DNA of 64,000 nt from an uncultured delta proteobacterium (GTDB taxonomy: Bacteria; Myxococcota; UBA727; VGSZ01): contig CAVZJB010000018.1 of the NCBI GenBank assembly GCA_963775425.1, forward strand, positions 192,001 through 256,000, given 5' to 3'. The position numbers were made by a program, and so were the translations under genes. A model generated the notes under the pieces. It had not been told where the DNA came from. It did not search any database and saw only the letters and a program-made list of their open reading frames with translations. Shown here piece by piece: positions 1 to 12,621 of this stretch (position 1 is the stretch's first letter; each line of letters starts with the position of its first letter).

Positions 1-465
1 GAGATGACCGGCGAGGTGGTCGCCGACGAAAAGACGCCGGAGACGGCCAAGGTCACCGTCACCATCAAGACCCGGACCCTCGTCAACGACGACCCGCAGA
101 CGCGCCGCAAGTTCGGCCTCGATCCCACGGTCCCCGAGAAGGACCGCAAGGCCGTGGAGCACTCCATGAAGGGCGACACGCAGCTCGACGTCGCGCGCTT
201 CCCCACCATCTCGTTTTCGTCGACGTCCGTGGAGAAGGCCGGCGACAAGCTCACGCTCGTCGGCGACTTCACGCTCCACGGCGTCACCAAGCGCATCAAG
301 ATGCCCGTCACCGTCGGCGTCGACGGCGACACGCTCACCGGCGACGGCAAGGTGCGCTTCCTCCAGAGCGACTACAACATCACGCCGTACTCGGCCTTCC
401 TCGGCGCCGTGAAGAACAAGAACGAGGTGGTGTTGAACGTTCACCTCGTGGCGGTCGCCAAGTGA
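1..465 (+). CDS. YceI-family lipid/polyisoprenoid-binding protein (5' end probably outside the window)
   Basis: YceI motifs 'LDVARFPTISFSS', 'GDFTLHGVTKRI', 'GKVRFLQSDYNI'; stop overlaps the next GTG start. Confidence 0.85.
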   Translation, partial: EMTGEVVADEKTPETAKVTVTIKTRTLVNDDPQTRRKFGLDPTVPEKDRKAVEHSMKGDTQLDVARFPTISFSSTSVEKAGDKLTLVGDFTLHGVTKRIKMPVTVGVDGDTLTGDGKVRFLQSDYNITPYSAFLGAVKNKNEVVLNVHLVAVAK

Positions 466-953
466 GCCTCGCTGTTCGCGAGCTCCGCTTGCGAACAGCC
501 CTCGGCGCCCTCGTGTGGCTGGCCGCGTGCGCGAGCGCCCCGGCGCCGGCGCCCGCGACGACGACGACGGCGACAGCGCCGCCGCCGGCGCCGCACAAGA
601 GCCTGTATGAGCGGCTCGGCGGCAAGAACGCCATCGAGGCCGTCGTCGACGACCTCATCGGCCGCGTGAAGGCGGACCACCGCATCAAGATGCGTTTCCT
701 CTTCACCGACTTCAAGAACCTGCGCGCGCAGCTCGTGGACCAGCTCTGCGCGGCGACGGGCGGGCCGTGCACCTACGCCGGCCGCGACATGAAGACCGTG
801 CACGCGGGCATGCACATCCACGGCGCGGACTTCGACGCCCTCGTCGAGGACCTCAAAGGGTCGTTGGCCGCTTTGAAGGTGCCGGACCGCGAGCAGGGCG
901 AGCTGCTCGCGTTGCTCGCCCCCATGCGCGCCGACGTCGTCGAGGAGCCGTGA
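462..953 (+). CDS. Group I (N) truncated haemoglobin with predicted lipoprotein signal
   Basis: 'SLYERLGGKNAI', 'TGGPCTYAGRDMKTVHAGM' are 2/2 globin signatures; N-terminal hydrophobic stretch ending LAAC, then an Ala/Pro/Thr linker. Confidence 0.9.
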   Translation: MSLAVRELRLRTALGALVWLAACASAPAPAPATTTTATAPPPAPHKSLYERLGGKNAIEAVVDDLIGRVKADHRIKMRFLFTDFKNLRAQLVDQLCAATGGPCTYAGRDMKTVHAGMHIHGADFDALVEDLKGSLAALKVPDREQGELLALLAPMRADVVEEP

Positions 954-954
954 G

Positions 955-3018
<2,064 letters not shown>

Positions 3019-3022
<4 letters not shown>

Positions 3023-4447
3023 CCGGCGTGCTCCTGCTCGCGGCGTCGCTGGCGGCGGCGCCGGCGGCGTTCTCCTTGAAGTCCGGCGAGGTGACGTTCG
3101 AGATCGACGCCCCGCTCGACACCATCAACGGCGTCTCGCGCGGCGTCAGCGGCACCGCGTCGTTCGATCCGTCGGCGTGGACGGCGGCGGTCCGCGCCAG
3201 GATCGACGTCGACCTCGCGAGCTTCCGCACGGGCATCTCGCTGCGCGACGAAGACCTGCGCGATCAGTTCTTCGAGACGTCGAAGTTCACCGAGGCCACG
3301 CTCACCGTCGACGCGCTCGAGCGCCCGAGCGCGCCCGCGCTCAAGGACGGCGAGGCGGCGGAGGCGGTGGCGTCGGGCACGCTGTCTTTGCACGGCGTGG
3401 ACAAGCCCGTGAAGATCCCGCTCAAGGCGGTCCTCGACGAGACCCCCGCCGGCCCGCGCGTCGTCGTCACCGGCGACTTCGTCGTGCCGCTGCTCGACCA
3501 CGCCATCAAGCGGCCCAGGCGGCTGATCTTCAAGCTCGGCACCGACGTGAAGGTCCACGTGCGCGCCGTCTTTCGCGCGCCGCCGCCGGCCACGGCCACG
3601 ACGTCGACGGCCCCGTCGACGGCCGTCTTTGGGGGCGCCGGCCGCGGACGACGTCATCCCCGCGGGGCCGCCGCCGCCGCCGCTGGTCGCGCACGCCGTC
3701 GTCGACAAGCCCAAGCCGCGCTGGCAGTTCGCGGCCAACACGCCCGAGGGCCGCGGCGAGCGCGCCTTCGCGAGCCCGAAGATCGGCGGAGAGCACAACG
3801 CCATGCCGTGCCGCGCGTGTCACGCGGTCAGCGACGAGCGCAAGGGCATCTTCGAGCACGGGCACGTCAAGCCGAGCTCCACGATGTTCGGCGCCGCCGC
3901 CCGCGCCACGCTGTGGCAGGGCATCGCGACCTCACCGGGCGAGGCCGCGGACATCTGCGCGCGGATGTACATGCTGCGCCCCGCGGGCCTCGCCCCTGCG
4001 GTGAGGAAGGACGTCGAGGCGTACCTGAACAAGCTCGCGCCGGACCCGCAGCCGCCGCTCGACTGGGACACGGTCTTCCTCACGTTCCACAGCCCCGTCC
4101 CCGACGCCGGCAAGGGCGACGCCCGGCGCGGCAAGAAGCTCGTCGGCGTCTACTGCAAGAGCTGCCACAGGAAGGGCGGCGTCCGCGCCGAGCTCACGCC
4201 GGGCCTGTACGAGGCGGACATGCTCGTCGCCCGCGTGCGCCACCAGCCGGGCAGCGACAACCGGCAGATGCCGTTTTTCACCGTCACGCGCCTGCCCGAC
4301 TCGGAGCTGCGCGACATCGTCACCTACCTCGTGGGCACGCCCAGGGAGCGCATCTTCACGCGCCACCGGGGCGCTGAAGCGCCCGTCAGCGACGGCGGGG
4401 CCGCCGCCGCTGCGCCCGCCGCTCCGGGCGCGGCGCATCCCCGGTGA
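3019..4447 (+). CDS. Secreted YceI domain fused to a dihaem cytochrome c (one +1 frameshift at TTTGGGGG, about 3628-3635)
   Basis: ATG 3019 overlaps the kinase stop (ATGA); signal peptide; YceI motifs 'TGISLRDEDLR', 'GTLSLHGVDK'; downstream frame has CRACH and CKSCH plus a distal 'QMP' Met. Confidence 0.75.
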
Positions 4448-4511
4448 GCGCCCCGGCGCGGGGTGAAGTGCAGCGTCGTGCGCTTTTTGCGCGGAGACGT
4501 TCACAAGCGTA

Positions 4512-6401
4512 GTGTCGGAGACGATGGGAGCCCAACGAGATCGGGACGCCGGGTCGACGACGCACGCGACGCACGCGACGGCGTTGAACACGATGGCGAG
4601 CGGCGAGGGGCCGGCGGGCTCGGTGCGCCTGGTGGTGCTCGGCAGCGGGCTGCCGGTGACGCACGCGCTGTCGTCGGAGGGCGAGGTGCTCGTCGGGCGC
4701 TCCGACAACGTCGACCTCAAGATCGACGAGGAGTCCATCTCGCGCAAGCACGCGATCCTGCGGGTCGGCGAGCGCATCACCGTCGAGGACCTCGGGTCTT
4801 TGAACGGGACCCGCGTGCGCGACCGCAGCTTGAAGAAGGGCGACGTCGAGGAGATCGTGCCCGGCGAGGCCTTCGAGCTCGGCAAGGTGATGTGCATCGT
4901 GCAGCGCCGCGGCTCGCCGGAGCCGCCGCGCCGCCGCGTGCTCCGCCCGCACAGCTACGTGGAGAGCCGCCTCGACGAGGAGCTCGAGCGCTCGGGCGCG
5001 CGCGTCGCGCTCGCGCGCTTCCACATCGAGGGCCACCTGCCGAGCGGCTCCCTCGAGCAGACGCTGCAAAGGGTGCTCGCGCAGACGGACATGGCCGGCG
5101 AGTACGGCCCCGGCGAGCTCGAGGTGCTCTTCCTCGACGCCGCCCCCGACGAGGTCGAGCAGCGCTGCGACCGCCTCGTCCTCAGCTTGCGCGCGCACGT
5201 CAAGAAGGTGTCGACCGGCATCGCGCTCTCTCCGCAAGACGGCCGCTCCGCTGCCGCGCTCTTCGACGCCGCCAACGAGAAGGTCCGCGGGGCGCGCGCG
5301 CCCGCGCCGGAGGAGCCGCAGCTCGTGAAGGGCGCGATGGAGCGCCTGAAGAAGCTCGTCGAGCGCGTGGCCAAGAGCGACATCTCCATCGTGCTCCACG
5401 GCGAGACCGGCGTGGGCAAGGAGGTGCTCGCCCGCGAGATCCACCGCGCCAGCGACCGCGCCAAGAAGCCCTTCGTCGGCATCAACTGCGCCGCCATCAC
5501 CGAGACCCTCCTCGAGAGCGAGCTGTTCGGACACGAAAAGGGCGCGTTCTCCGGCGCGGTCGCCACCAAGCCCGGGCTGCTCGAGGTGGCGGAGGAGGGC
5601 ACCGTCTTCCTCGACGAGATCGCGGACATGTCGCCGGCCATCCAGGCCAAGCTCCTGCGCGTCATCGAGGAGCGGCAGGTGATGCGCGTGGGCGGCCTGC
5701 AGCCGCGCTCCATCGACGTGCGCTTCGTGGCGGCGAGCCACCGCGACCTCGAGGAGGCGGTCGAAAACGGCAGCTTCCGCCAGGACCTCTACTTCCGCCT
5801 GAACGGCATCACCCTCGAGATCCCGCCGCTGCGCGAGCGCACCGACGAGATCGAGGGCCTCGCCCGCACCTTCCTCCTCGACGCCGTGCGCCGCAGCAAG
5901 CGCCTGGACACGCCGCGCGTCCAGAGCGACGCGCTCGAGCTGTTGAAGAGCTACTCGTGGCCTGGGAACGTGCGCGAGCTGCGAAACGTCATCGAGCGCG
6001 CGGTGCTGTTGTGCACGGGGAGCGCCATCACGCTCGAGCACCTGCCCGTCGAAAAGATGCTCGCGCAAAAGCGCGCGCCCCGCGCCGGCTCGGTGCGCCT
6101 GGCGTCGCCGCGGCCGCCGCCGGTGTCGATGGAGGGCCCCGCCTTCGACACCCGCCCCGTGCGCGCGCCGCGGTCCGGCGCGTCGTCGAGCTTCGACGAC
6201 GTCCCGCAGACCACGCCGGGGATGCCGGCGGCGTCGGGGTCCTTGAAGAACGCCGTCGAGGAGGTGGAGCGCGAGCGCATCCTCGAGGCGCTGCGCTTGT
6301 GCGCCGGTAACCAGACCAAGGCGGCGCAGATGCTCGGCATCTCCCGGCGTACGTTGCTGAACCGGCTCGACCAGTACGGGCTGCCCCGGCCCCGCAAGTA
6401 A
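4512..6401 (+). CDS. FHA-domain sigma54-dependent enhancer-binding protein (FHA - linker domain - AAA+ - Fis HTH)
   Basis: FHA motifs 'GRSD...ISRKHA...DLGSLNGT'; Walker A GETGVGKE; ESELFGHEKGAFSGA; FLDEI; WPGNVREL; 'GNQTKAAQMLGISRRTL'. Confidence 0.95.
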   Translation: MSETMGAQRDRDAGSTTHATHATALNTMASGEGPAGSVRLVVLGSGLPVTHALSSEGEVLVGRSDNVDLKIDEESISRKHAILRVGERITVEDLGSLNGTRVRDRSLKKGDVEEIVPGEAFELGKVMCIVQRRGSPEPPRRRVLRPHSYVESRLDEELERSGARVALARFHIEGHLPSGSLEQTLQRVLAQTDMAGEYGPGELEVLFLDAAPDEVEQRCDRLVLSLRAHVKKVSTGIALSPQDGRSAAALFDAANEKVRGARAPAPEEPQLVKGAMERLKKLVERVAKSDISIVLHGETGVGKEVLAREIHRASDRAKKPFVGINCAAITETLLESELFGHEKGAFSGAVATKPGLLEVAEEGTVFLDEIADMSPAIQAKLLRVIEERQVMRVGGLQPRSIDVRFVAASHRDLEEAVENGSFRQDLYFRLNGITLEIPPLRERTDEIEGLARTFLLDAVRRSKRLDTPRVQSDALELLKSYSWPGNVRELRNVIERAVLLCTGSAITLEHLPVEKMLAQKRAPRAGSVRLASPRPPPVSMEGPAFDTRPVRAPRSGASSSFDDVPQTTPGMPAASGSLKNAVEEVERERILEALRLCAGNQTKAAQMLGISRRTLLNRLDQYGLPRPRK

Positions 6402-6404
6402 CGG

Positions 6405-6525
6405 TCCGCGCCGCCTGGTACGGCGGCGAGGCCCTTCCCGTTCGGGCGCCCTGGTTCTCTTCGCGCCGAGAGTGAGCGTGAGCAATGCCACGAAGGTGCC
6501 GGTGGCGGGCGCCCTGCGGGGACGA
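6405..6525 (+). repeat. Intergenic hairpin repeat family A, copy 1
   Basis: 'ccgcgccgcctggt..ggcg.cgaggcccttccc..cgggcgccc.ggttctcttcgcgccgaga...aggtgccggtggcgggcgccctgcgggga' is shared with 44325-44779 and with the reverse complement of 47195-47329. Confidence 0.85.
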
Positions 6526-6632
6526 GCGCGTGCTTCGAGCGAGCTTGCAGCGCCATCATCCGTCAGATCCCGTCGTCACGCATGGATGCGCGGCGAGCCA
6601 CAATCGATGGCCGTCGGGCAGTCCTTCCCCGC

Positions 6633-7187
6633 TCATCCCTGTTTGCGACGGAAGTGGAGCGCCTGCACGCCGGACTTGAACCGCTGCGTCGACAGGAGCT
6701 CGAGGTGCCGCGCACTCGACAGGCCATGAAACAACGTCGGCCCGTGGCCACTGATGACGGGATGAAGGACGATGCGGTACTCGTCGATGAGCCCCAACTC
6801 CTCGAGCGCAGCCGAGAGCTTGGGCGCTCCGACGAGGACACCCTGCTCGGTCTTCGCTTTCAGCGCCGAGATCGCCTCGCGAAGGTCACCCTCCACCTTG
6901 ATCGTGTTCTGCCACGGAAAGTCGCTCCGCGAGCCCGACACGACGTACTTCGCCTTGGCCTCGAGCTTCTGCGCCCACTCGCGCATCGCGCGCGGCGCCT
7001 CCTCGTCGCGCGCCACCGCGGGCCAGGCTCCCTCCATCAGCTCGTAGGTGTTGCGCCCGAAGAGCATCGCCCCGCTCTGATCCATGAGCTGCGTCCAATA
7101 GTCGTGCAGCTCGTCGTCCACGATCCCCTGGGTGTGGTCGACGCAGCCATCCAAAGTCACGTTGAGACCGAAGGTGAGGAGGCCCAT
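6633..7187 (-). CDS. Dihydrofolate reductase-like (RibD C-terminal) family protein
   Basis: 'NVTLDGCVDH', 'LFGRNTYELM', 'GLIDEYRIVLHPVISGHGPTLF'. Confidence 0.9.
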   Translation of the reverse strand: MGLLTFGLNVTLDGCVDHTQGIVDDELHDYWTQLMDQSGAMLFGRNTYELMEGAWPAVARDEEAPRAMREWAQKLEAKAKYVVSGSRSDFPWQNTIKVEGDLREAISALKAKTEQGVLVGAPKLSAALEELGLIDEYRIVLHPVISGHGPTLFHGLSSARHLELLSTQRFKSGVQALHFRRKQG

Positions 7188-7281
7188 GGCGTGAATCTAC
7201 CAAAAGCGCGCCCGAGCACGCAGCCTCGCCATCGGCGCGCCTCGACCGCGATCATCGACCGACTTGTTCATTCGAGGGCCC

Positions 7282-7818
7282 TTACCCAAGGAGCTTCTCG
7301 ATGGCCACCGTCAGCTCCGGCGACTCCGGCGTCACCTTGGACGGGAAGTGGCCGACGACGTTGCCCTTCTTGTCGACGAGGAACTTGGTGAAGTTCCACT
7401 TCACGCTGCCGGCCTTCTCGAGCTCCCGGTAGATCGGCGCGATGTCGTCGCCCTTGGTGCTGATCTTGGCCATGAGCGGGAACGTCACGTGGAACTCCTC
7501 GCTCGTGAACTTCTTGATCTCGTCCGGCGTCCCCGGCTCCTGGCCGCCGAAGTCGTTGGAAGGAAAGCCGATGATGAGGAAGCCGCGCGCCTGGTACTTC
7601 TCGTACATGGACTCGAGCCCCGCGTACTGCGGCGTGAAGCCGCACTCGGAGGCGACGTTGACGACGAGGACCACCTTGCCCGCGTAGTCCGCGAGCTTCA
7701 CGTCGTGGCCGTCGATGTCCTTGACCACGAAGGCCGCGACGTTGGGCGTGTCCTTTTGCGGCGCGGCGGTGCAGGCGGCGGCGAAGAAGATGACGGCGGC
7801 GACCAACGGGAGTCTCAT
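7282..7818 (-). CDS. Glutathione peroxidase family protein, predicted lipoprotein
   Basis: 'VVNVASECGFTPQY', 'GFPSNDFGGQEPG', 'WNFTKFLVD'; ATG 7818 gives signal MRLPLVAAVIFFAAAC. Confidence 0.92.
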   Translation of the reverse strand: MRLPLVAAVIFFAAACTAAPQKDTPNVAAFVVKDIDGHDVKLADYAGKVVLVVNVASECGFTPQYAGLESMYEKYQARGFLIIGFPSNDFGGQEPGTPDEIKKFTSEEFHVTFPLMAKISTKGDDIAPIYRELEKAGSVKWNFTKFLVDKKGNVVGHFPSKVTPESPELTVAIEKLLG

Positions 7819-7890
7819 GTCGCCCTTCGTACCACGAGGCTCGCCGCCGCGCAGGCGCTGTGGCAGCGTCGAGGATGGAGGAGCAGCCGC

Positions 7891-8340
7891 GTGGCGTCTC
7901 ACCGCACCAAGCCGTACTTCGCCTACGGCTCGAACATGTGGCTCGAGCAGATGGCGCGCCGCTGCCCCGCCAGCCGCGTGCTCGGGCCGGGGAGGCTCGC
8001 CGACCATCGCTGGACCATCTCCGCGCGCGGCTACGCGAACGTCGTGTCGTCGCCGGGGGACCACGTCCTCGGCACCGTCTTCGCGCTCACCGTCGAAGAC
8101 GAAGACGCGCTCGACCGCCACGAAGGCGTTCACCTCGACCCGCCGTCGTACCTGAAAAGGACGCTGCCGGTCTCCCTCGAGCCGGGCCGCGAGGCGTGCC
8201 TCGTGTACGTCGATCCGCGGCTCGAGGAGGGCGAGGCCTGGCCCGAGTACCGGGTGCGCATCCGAAACGGCCTGCGCGACGCCGCGCTCCCCGCCGCGTA
8301 CGTCGAGCGCTACCTCGCGCGCTTCCTCGGCGCGCCGTGA
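7891..8340 (+). CDS. Gamma-glutamylcyclotransferase family protein
   Basis: 'YFAYGSNM', 'ALDRHEG'; GTG 7891 preceded by GGAGGA. Confidence 0.88.
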   Translation: MASHRTKPYFAYGSNMWLEQMARRCPASRVLGPGRLADHRWTISARGYANVVSSPGDHVLGTVFALTVEDEDALDRHEGVHLDPPSYLKRTLPVSLEPGREACLVYVDPRLEEGEAWPEYRVRIRNGLRDAALPAAYVERYLARFLGAP

Positions 8341-8353
8341 TAGACGCTCGGCG

Positions 8354-9930
8354 ATGTCGCACTACGACACCGTCGTCATCGGCGCCGGCATGGGCGGGCT
8401 CACCGTCGGGATCGCTGCTCGCGCACGCCGGCGAGCGCGTCTGCGTCCTCGAGGCGCACGAGTACCCGGGCGGCTGCTGCCACACGTTCCCCATGGGCGA
8501 GCACTATCGCTTCTGCGCCGCCGTCCACTACATCTTCTCGTGCGGCGAGGGCGAGCCCGTCTTCAACCTCTTGAAGAAGCTCGGCCTCGAGCGCGAAGCT
8601 GACCTTCGAGCGGCTCGAACCCGAGGGCTACGACCACTTCAGTTGCCCGGCGGCGTCGCTGCGCTTCCGCATCCCCAACGGCCTCGGCAAGTGGCGGGAG
8701 CGCTTGTGCGACCGCTTCCCCGAGGAGGCTCCGCGCATCCGCGCGTTCTTCCACGTCGTCACCACGCTCGCCGAGCAGCTCGACCGCGTCCCCGACGAGC
8801 TCGGCGCCGCCGCCGTCGTCGACACCATCCTGCGCGGACCGCAGGTGCTCCAGGTGCTGCGCTACCGCGGGCACACGCTGCAGCGGCTCTTCGACGAGCA
8901 CGCGCTGTCGGCGCCGGTGCAGGCCATCCTCGCCACCCAGCTCGGCGACGTCGGCCTGCCCCCGCGCGAGGTGTCGCTGCTCATCTGGGTCGCGCTCATC
9001 TCGCGCTACGGCGACGGCGCCTTCTATCCCACCGAGCACTTCAGCACGTTCGTCGAGCGCGTCGCCGGCGTCATCGCGCGCGCGCCCGGGTGCTCGCTCG
9101 AGACCAACGCCGTCGTCAACGAGGTGGTCTTCGAGCGCGGCCGCGTCGCCGCCGTGCGCACCGCCGACGGCCGCGAGGTGCGCGGCGCGCGCTTCATCTG
9201 CAACGCAGACCCCAGGTGGTTCGTGGACACCGTCGGCCGGGAGCGCTTCTCCCGGAGCTTCCTCGACAGGATCGACTACGAGTACTCGGCGTCGTCGTTC
9301 TCGCTCTACCTGGGCCTGCGCGGCGTCGACCTGCGCGAGCACGGCTTCGGCAACTTCAACGTGTGGCACTACCCGCGGCTCGACATCAACGCCACGTACG
9401 CGGCGCAACACGAGCGCGACGACCTCTCGGATCCGTGGCTGTTCATGTCCACCCCCACGCTCTGCTCTCCGCACGCAAAGACGCGCCACGCGCCCGAGGG
9501 CGAGCAGATCCTCGAGGTCATCACCACCTGCGCCTGGCGCCCGTTCGAGGAGCGGCGGGGGCGCGGGCTGCGCGAATACACCGCGCAGAAGAACGCCGTG
9601 CGCGATCGCATCCTCGAGATCGTCGAGGAGCACTACGTGCCGGGCCTGCGCGAGCACGTCGTCATGCGCGTGGCGGGCACGCCGACGACCAACAAGCGCT
9701 ACCTGTGGGCGCCCCGCGGCCACATCTACGGCGCCGCGCTCACACCGCAAAACGTCGCCGGGCGCCTGGGTTGGCGCTCCCCCGTCGACAACCTCTTCTT
9801 CACCGGCGCCAGCGCCGCGTTCCCGTCCATCGGCGGGACGGTGGGCGGCGGCGAGCGCCTGTACACGGCGCTCACCGGCGACCCGGTCAACCCGGCGCGC
9901 GACGGGGCCGGCGTCAGGGGGCCCCCGTGA
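8354..9930 (+). CDS. Phytoene desaturase / retinol saturase-like FAD-dependent oxidoreductase (two +1 frameshifts near 8410 and 8597)
   Basis: 'VVIGAGMGGL' dinucleotide fold continues as 'LAHAGERVCVLEAHEYPGGCCHTF' in the next frame, then as ORF 8704-9930 ('SASSFSLYLG', 'GTPTTNKRY', 'PVDNLFFTGAS'). Confidence 0.82.
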
Positions 9931-9994
9931 GCTCGCGCGGCGTGGACCTGTGTCTCGGGTGGATCCGCAGGGCCGCCTCGGCGACACTGCGGCG

Positions 9995-12577
9995 ATGTCG
10001 CAGCGGGTCCTCCTGGTGGAGCTCGACGGTCCCCTCGCCGGGGAGGTGACCGAGCGGCTCAGCGCGCTCGGCTTCGAGGCGCAGCCGGCGGCAGCCGAGG
10101 GGCTCCTCGAGCACCTCGTCGCCGAGCCGCCCGACCTCGCGATCGTGAACCTCGAGCTGTCCCAGGGCAGCGGCTTCGGCCTGGTCAACCGCGCTTCGCG
10201 CATGGAGGCGCTCGTGGGCCTCAAGATCGTGCTCGTCGCCGAGAAGGCCACCGAGGAGGCGCTCGAGGCGCACCGCACCGGGCCGACGCCCGCGGCGGCG
10301 TACGTGCGACGCCCCGACGGCGCCTCGGACGCCGCCGTCGCCGGCGACGTCGCCGGCGTCGTCGAGCACCTGCTCGCGGAGCCGCTGCCGGAGGCCGACG
10401 CCGGCGATCTCGTCGAGGTCGACCGCAAAGACGCCGCGCCGCCGGAGGGCGCCGCGGACGCACACGAGGAGGGCGACCCCCAGGCGCCGCTCACCGACGT
10501 CATCGCCGAGCTCGGCTATCGCGTGCTGCGCCGGCTGCGCGACGAGGCCGGCGGCGCCGTCTTCGCCTGCATGGACGACGAGCTTCATCGCGCCGTCGCC
10601 GTCAAGCTCTTGCCGCCCCTCGGCGCCGGCGACGACAGCGAGCGCCTCCTGCGCTTCGACCGCGAGCGCCGCATCCTCGCGCTCCTGCACTCACCGCACG
10701 TCGTCAGCATCTACGGCGCCGGCACCGTACGCGGCATCCCCTACCTCGCGCGCGAGCTCATCGACGGCGAGAGCGTGGCGGGGCTCATCGCGCGCGAGGG
10801 TCCCCTCGACGTCACCACCGCGCTGCAGCGCGCGCGCGACACCGCGGTCGGCCTGAAGCACGCCGCCGCCGCCGGCGTCATCCACAGGGACGTCCGCCCC
10901 GACAACATCTACGTCTTCGACGGCAACGCCAAGCTCGCCGGCTTCGGCATGGGCAAGCGCAACGACCCGGACGAAAAGCGCATCACGCAGGCCGGGCTGT
11001 CGCTCCCCGACACGGTCTATGTCGCGCCGGAGCGCGCGCGCGGGCAGGAGGACGCGCGGGGCGACATCTACGCGCTCGGCGTCACGTTGCACACGATGAT
11101 CGCGGGGGCGCCTCCGTTCACGACGCCCACGCCCATCGACCTCATCACCGGCCGGCGCGTAGAGGAGCCCGTTTCGCTGGCGAGCGCGCGGCCGGGGACG
11201 CCCGCCACCGTCGTGTCGCTCGTGGCGAAGCTGATGGCCGAGGACCCCGCGGCGCGGCCGCAGGACTACGACGAGGTGTTGCTGCTCATCCACGAGGCCA
11301 CGCGCGCGGCGCTCGTGGGGGAGGACGCGCCGGACGCGCCGGAGCCGGTCGACGAGCCGTCGGCCGTGCACGGCACGCTCCGCTTGATGAGCGTCGTGGA
11401 GATCGTACAGAGCCTCGAGCTCGCCAAGCGCACGGCCACGGTGTCGGTGCTCCCCGCCGACGGGCCGGAGGGCAAGCTCGCGTTCGACGCCGGCCGCCTG
11501 GTGCACGCCTCGTTCGGAGGGCGCTCCGGCGAAGACGCGTTCTATGCGCTCGTCGACCGCAAGCAGGGCGCGTTCCGCGTCGAGTACGAGCCCATCGCGC
11601 TCGAGCCCAACACGCAGATGCCCACGGCCGCGCTGCTGCTCGAGGCGGCGCGCCGCAGCGACGTCGCGTCCATGGAGCCGCGCGACGCCGGCCCCACGCC
11701 CACGCCGCTGGCCACGCAGGCGCCGGGGTTCTTCGACTTCGCGTCCGATGCCGCGCCGGCCGCCGACAGCGCGCCCTCTCCCGCGCGCGCCGCGGCCACG
11801 GCCGCCGACGACGACGACGACCTGCCGAAGATCCCGCCGCGGCAGGTGTCCACCGGCGTGGGCTTCGCCGCGCTCGCGGTGGCCGCGGTGCTCTTCACCT
11901 GGGCCGGCCTCCACATGCCGGTCATCGTCCCCCTGCTGCGCGAGGACGGCGCCGCGCAGTCGCAGATCGCGGAGCGCATCGCCAAGGCGCGCCTGAAGGC
12001 CTACGCGGCGCGCGCGGCGCGCGCGGGCCTCGAGAAGAAGCTGGCGGCGTTCGAGGCGTCGGCGGCGTCGACGGCGTCGGCGCATGAGGCGGCGCACGCG
12101 CGCGCCGAGGAGGCGCGGACGGTGCTGGAGGCCGCGTTGAAGCCGGAGCTGGCGGCGGGGCGCTTCACGCTGCGCATGTCCGACGAGGGCGACGCCGCGG
12201 TGCTCGAGATCGGCGAGCGCGCGCTCTTCGCCGCCGACGGCGACGAGGTCATCGCCGACGGCAAGAACACGCTCGCGCGCATCGCGGGCGCCCTCGCGCC
12301 GCTCGCCGACCTGCAGGTGCGCGTGGAGGGACACACCGACAGCGCGGATCCTCCTCGACGCCACAACAACAACTGGGGCTTCTCCGGCGCGCGCGCCATG
12401 GCCGTCGCCCGCTTCCTCACCGCCCAGGGCCTCGCGCCCGCGCGCGTGAGGGCCGTCGCGCTCGCCGACACCAAGCCGCTCGCGTCCAACAAGAGCGCCA
12501 AGGGCCGCGCGCGCAACCGGCGCATCGAGCTGCACCTCTTGCCCCAGCTTGACGTCGCCGGCGCGCCGTCGCCGTGA
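9995..12577 (+). CDS. Multidomain membrane protein: degenerate receiver - probable pseudokinase - DUF4388 - TM - coiled coil - OmpA/MotB peptidoglycan-binding domain
   Basis: VAVK present but HRDVRPDN and LAGFG (no DFG Asp); 'GTLRLMSVVEIVQSLELAKRTA' DUF4388; 'VEGHTDS...NWGFSGARAMAV...RARNRRIEL' OmpA-like. Confidence 0.85.
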   Translation: MSQRVLLVELDGPLAGEVTERLSALGFEAQPAAAEGLLEHLVAEPPDLAIVNLELSQGSGFGLVNRASRMEALVGLKIVLVAEKATEEALEAHRTGPTPAAAYVRRPDGASDAAVAGDVAGVVEHLLAEPLPEADAGDLVEVDRKDAAPPEGAADAHEEGDPQAPLTDVIAELGYRVLRRLRDEAGGAVFACMDDELHRAVAVKLLPPLGAGDDSERLLRFDRERRILALLHSPHVVSIYGAGTVRGIPYLARELIDGESVAGLIAREGPLDVTTALQRARDTAVGLKHAAAAGVIHRDVRPDNIYVFDGNAKLAGFGMGKRNDPDEKRITQAGLSLPDTVYVAPERARGQEDARGDIYALGVTLHTMIAGAPPFTTPTPIDLITGRRVEEPVSLASARPGTPATVVSLVAKLMAEDPAARPQDYDEVLLLIHEATRAALVGEDAPDAPEPVDEPSAVHGTLRLMSVVEIVQSLELAKRTATVSVLPADGPEGKLAFDAGRLVHASFGGRSGEDAFYALVDRKQGAFRVEYEPIALEPNTQMPTAALLLEAARRSDVASMEPRDAGPTPTPLATQAPGFFDFASDAAPAADSAPSPARAAATAADDDDDLPKIPPRQVSTGVGFAALAVAAVLFTWAGLHMPVIVPLLREDGAAQSQIAERIAKARLKAYAARAARAGLEKKLAAFEASAASTASAHEAAHARAEEARTVLEAALKPELAAGRFTLRMSDEGDAAVLEIGERALFAADGDEVIADGKNTLARIAGALAPLADLQVRVEGHTDSADPPRRHNNNWGFSGARAMAVARFLTAQGLAPARVRAVALADTKPLASNKSAKGRARNRRIELHLLPQLDVAGAPSP

Positions 12578-12621
12578 GGGTGGCGTGACCGGTTCCGCTG
12601 TATAGTCGCCGCGGAGGGGCG

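Noticed and set aside
3628-3635. Programmed ribosomal frameshift producing YceI versus YceI-cytochrome
   Set aside because: The required shift is +1, there is no canonical slippery heptamer, and similar indels occur in unrelated genes; a sequencing error is more parsimonious.
6402-7260. DHFR-like gene as an integron cassette or trimethoprim-resistance dfr
   Set aside because: No attC-like GTTRRRY/RYYYAAC pair recognised and no integrase; the protein is the generic RibD_C type.
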